In this document: positions 63,001 through 64,000 of the stretch, in pieces
How the letters are laid out: the number at the start of each line of letters is the position of its first letter
Numbering within the stretch: position 1 is the first letter of the stretch
Assembly (NCBI RefSeq): GCF_032444005.1
Contig: NC_091284.1
Location: 728,066,001 to 728,130,000 of the forward strand
Direction: 5' to 3'
DNA length: 64,000 nucleotides
Origin: Ranitomeya imitator
Taxonomy: Eukaryota
Made by a program: the position numbers and the translations under genes
The notes under the pieces: generated by a model
What the model saw: only the letters and a program-made list of their open reading frames with translations
Told to the model about the DNA's origin: nothing
Databases searched by the model: none

Positions 63001-63074
63001 ATGGAATATAGGCTGAACTGGATGGACAAATGTCTTTTTTCGGCCTTACTAACTATGTTACTATGTTACTATGT
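60019..63074 (+). mobile_element. CR1 family A, 5'-truncated upstream of an intact ORF2
   Basis: Open frame through EN and RT; (CTATGTTA)n tail. Confidence 0.96.
60183..62963 (+). CDS. CR1 ORF2: APE endonuclease + reverse transcriptase, uninterrupted (926 aa from the ATG at 60183)
   Basis: Motifs [43 protein letters not shown]; no stop or frameshift. The start codon is inferred. Confidence 0.9.
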   Translation: MLANARSLTNKMEELEAEISTGNFDIVGITETWLDESYDWAVNLQGYSLFRKDRKNRRGGGVCLYVKSCLKSTLREDISEGNEDVESIWVEIHGGKNGNKILIGVCYKPPNITESMESLLLKQIDEAATHNEVLVMGDFNYPDINWETETCETHKGNRFLLITKKNYLSQLVQNPTRGAALLDLILSNRPDRITNLQVVGHLGNSDHNIVQFHLSFTRGTCQGVTKTLNFRKAKFDQLRDALNLVDWDNILRNENTDNKWEMFKNILNRQCKRFIPCGNKRTRNRKNPMWLNKEVRQAINSKKKAFALLKQDGTIEALKNYREKNTLSKKLIKAAKKETEKHIAKESKTNPKLFFNYINSKRIKTENVGPLKNSEERMVVDDEEKANILNTFFSTVFTVENEMLGEIPRNNENPILRVNNLTQEEVRNRLNKIKIDKSPGPDGIHPRVLRELSNVIDKPLFLIFRDSIATGSVPQDWRVANVVPIFKKGSKSEPGNYRPVSLTSIVGKIFEGFLRDVILDYLNENNCLTPYQHGFMRNRSCQTNLISFYEEVSYRLDHGESLDVVYLDFSKAFDTVPHKRLVHKMRMLGLGENVCKWVSNWLSDRKQRVVINGIVSNWVAVTSGVPQGSVLGPVLFNIFINDLVEGLHSKISIFADDTKLCKAVNTREDSILLQMDLDKLETWAERWQMRFNNDKCKVIHMGRWNQYHHYTLNGKPLGKSDREKDLGILVNDKLTWSSQCQAAAAKANRIMGCIKRGLDTHDESIILPLYKSLVRPHMEYCVQFWAPVLRKDIMELERVQRRATKLIKGMGELQYPDRLAKLGLFSLEKRRLRGDLITMYKYIRGQYKYLAEDLFIPRKVTGTRGHSLRLEERRFFHQHRRGFFTVRAVRIWNCLPEEVVMANSVEGFKRGLDVFLEQNNIVSYNY

Positions 63075-63400
63075 AAGGAAGGTGACGGGCACAAGGGGGC
63101 ATTCTTTGCGTCTGGAGGAGAGAAGGTTTTTCCACCAACATAGAAGAGGATTCTTTACTGTTAGAGCAGTGAGAATCTGGAATTGCTTGCCTGAGGAGTT
63201 GGTGATGGTGAACTCAGTCGAGGGGTTCAAGAGAGGCCTGGATGTCTTCCTGGAGCAGAACAATATTGTATCATACAATTAGGTTCTGTAGAAGGACGTA
63301 GATCTGGGGATTTATTATGATGGAATATAGGCTGAACTGGATGGACAAATGTCTTTTTTCGGCCTTACTAACTATGTTACTATGTTACTATGTTACTATG
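63075..63400 (+). mobile_element. Second CR1 3' end (326 bp) in tandem directly after the first tail
   Basis: Repeats the sequence from 62753 onward with 3 substitutions and a 3-bp deletion, and has its own tail. Confidence 0.92.
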
Positions 63401-64000
63401 ATATCATATGTAGACCACAACTATGAGAGTCAAAATGAGAAAACAAATCCAGAAAATCACCTTGTCTGATTTGGCAAGATTTATTTTGCAAATTATGGTG
63501 GAAAATAAGTATTCGGTCATCAACAAAAGTTCATCTCAATATTTTGTTATATATTCTTTGTTGGCAATGACAGAGGTCAAACATTTTCTGTAAGTCTTCA
63601 CAAGGTTGGCACACATTGCTGGTGGTATGTTGGTCCATTCCTCCATGCAGATCTCTTCTAGAGCAATGATGTTTTTGGACTGTCGCTGGGCAACATAGAC
63701 TTTCAAATCCCTCCAAAGGTTTTCTATGGGGTTGAGATCTGAAGACTGGTTACGCCACTCCAGGACCTTCACATGCTTCTTACGAAGCCACTCCTTCGCT
63801 GCCATGGCAGTGTGCTTGAGATTATTATTCTAAAAGAGCCATCCATGTTTCATCTTCAATGCCCTTGCTGATGGAAGGAGGTTTGCACTCAAAATCTCAC
63901 GATACATGGCCCTATTCATTCTTTCATGTACACAGATCAGTCGTCCTGGTCCCTTTGCAGAGAAACAGTCCCAAAGCATGATGTTACCACCCCCATGCTT

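Larger units (their letters stand above)
59939..64000 (-). mobile_element. Tc1/mariner element (TIR piece 59939-60018, resuming at about 63403 to the window end), split by CR1
   Basis: TA|CAGTGGGGGAAAAAAAGTA TIR start. The transposase C-terminus is on the - strand ([22 protein letters not shown] 63536..63805). Confidence 0.85.

Overview
This is eukaryotic (vertebrate) DNA, and the repeat content suggests an anuran amphibian, which is an inference I cannot verify. The window holds the middle of one host gene on the + strand, an integrin beta subunit best matching ITGB7. Ten exons with GT-AG boundaries and consistent phases (12402-58319, 1727 bp, about 575 codons) cover the PSI C-terminal part, hybrid, beta-I and I-EGF1-4 regions. 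The 5' exons and the beta-tail/TM/cytoplasmic exons were not found. The introns consist mostly of nested mobile DNA: (1) a near-intact Ty3/Gypsy chromovirus with 6-bp TSDs, an apparent Tf1-type self-priming site and related solo LTRs; (2) a structurally complete but decayed DIRS1 element; (3) young CR1 LINEs, one with an intact ORF2; (4) L2 and Tc1/mariner remnants; (5) a minisatellite-bearing non-autonomous Helitron; (6) piggyBac-, Harbinger-, hAT- and T2/Kolobok-like MITEs; (7) two candidate Penelope-like remnants, one with a hammerhead-like motif. I found no prokaryotic features or CRISPR arrays. I see no clearly new biological system; the best leads are mechanistic details of the retroelements and MITEs. 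All coordinates and identities were read by eye.
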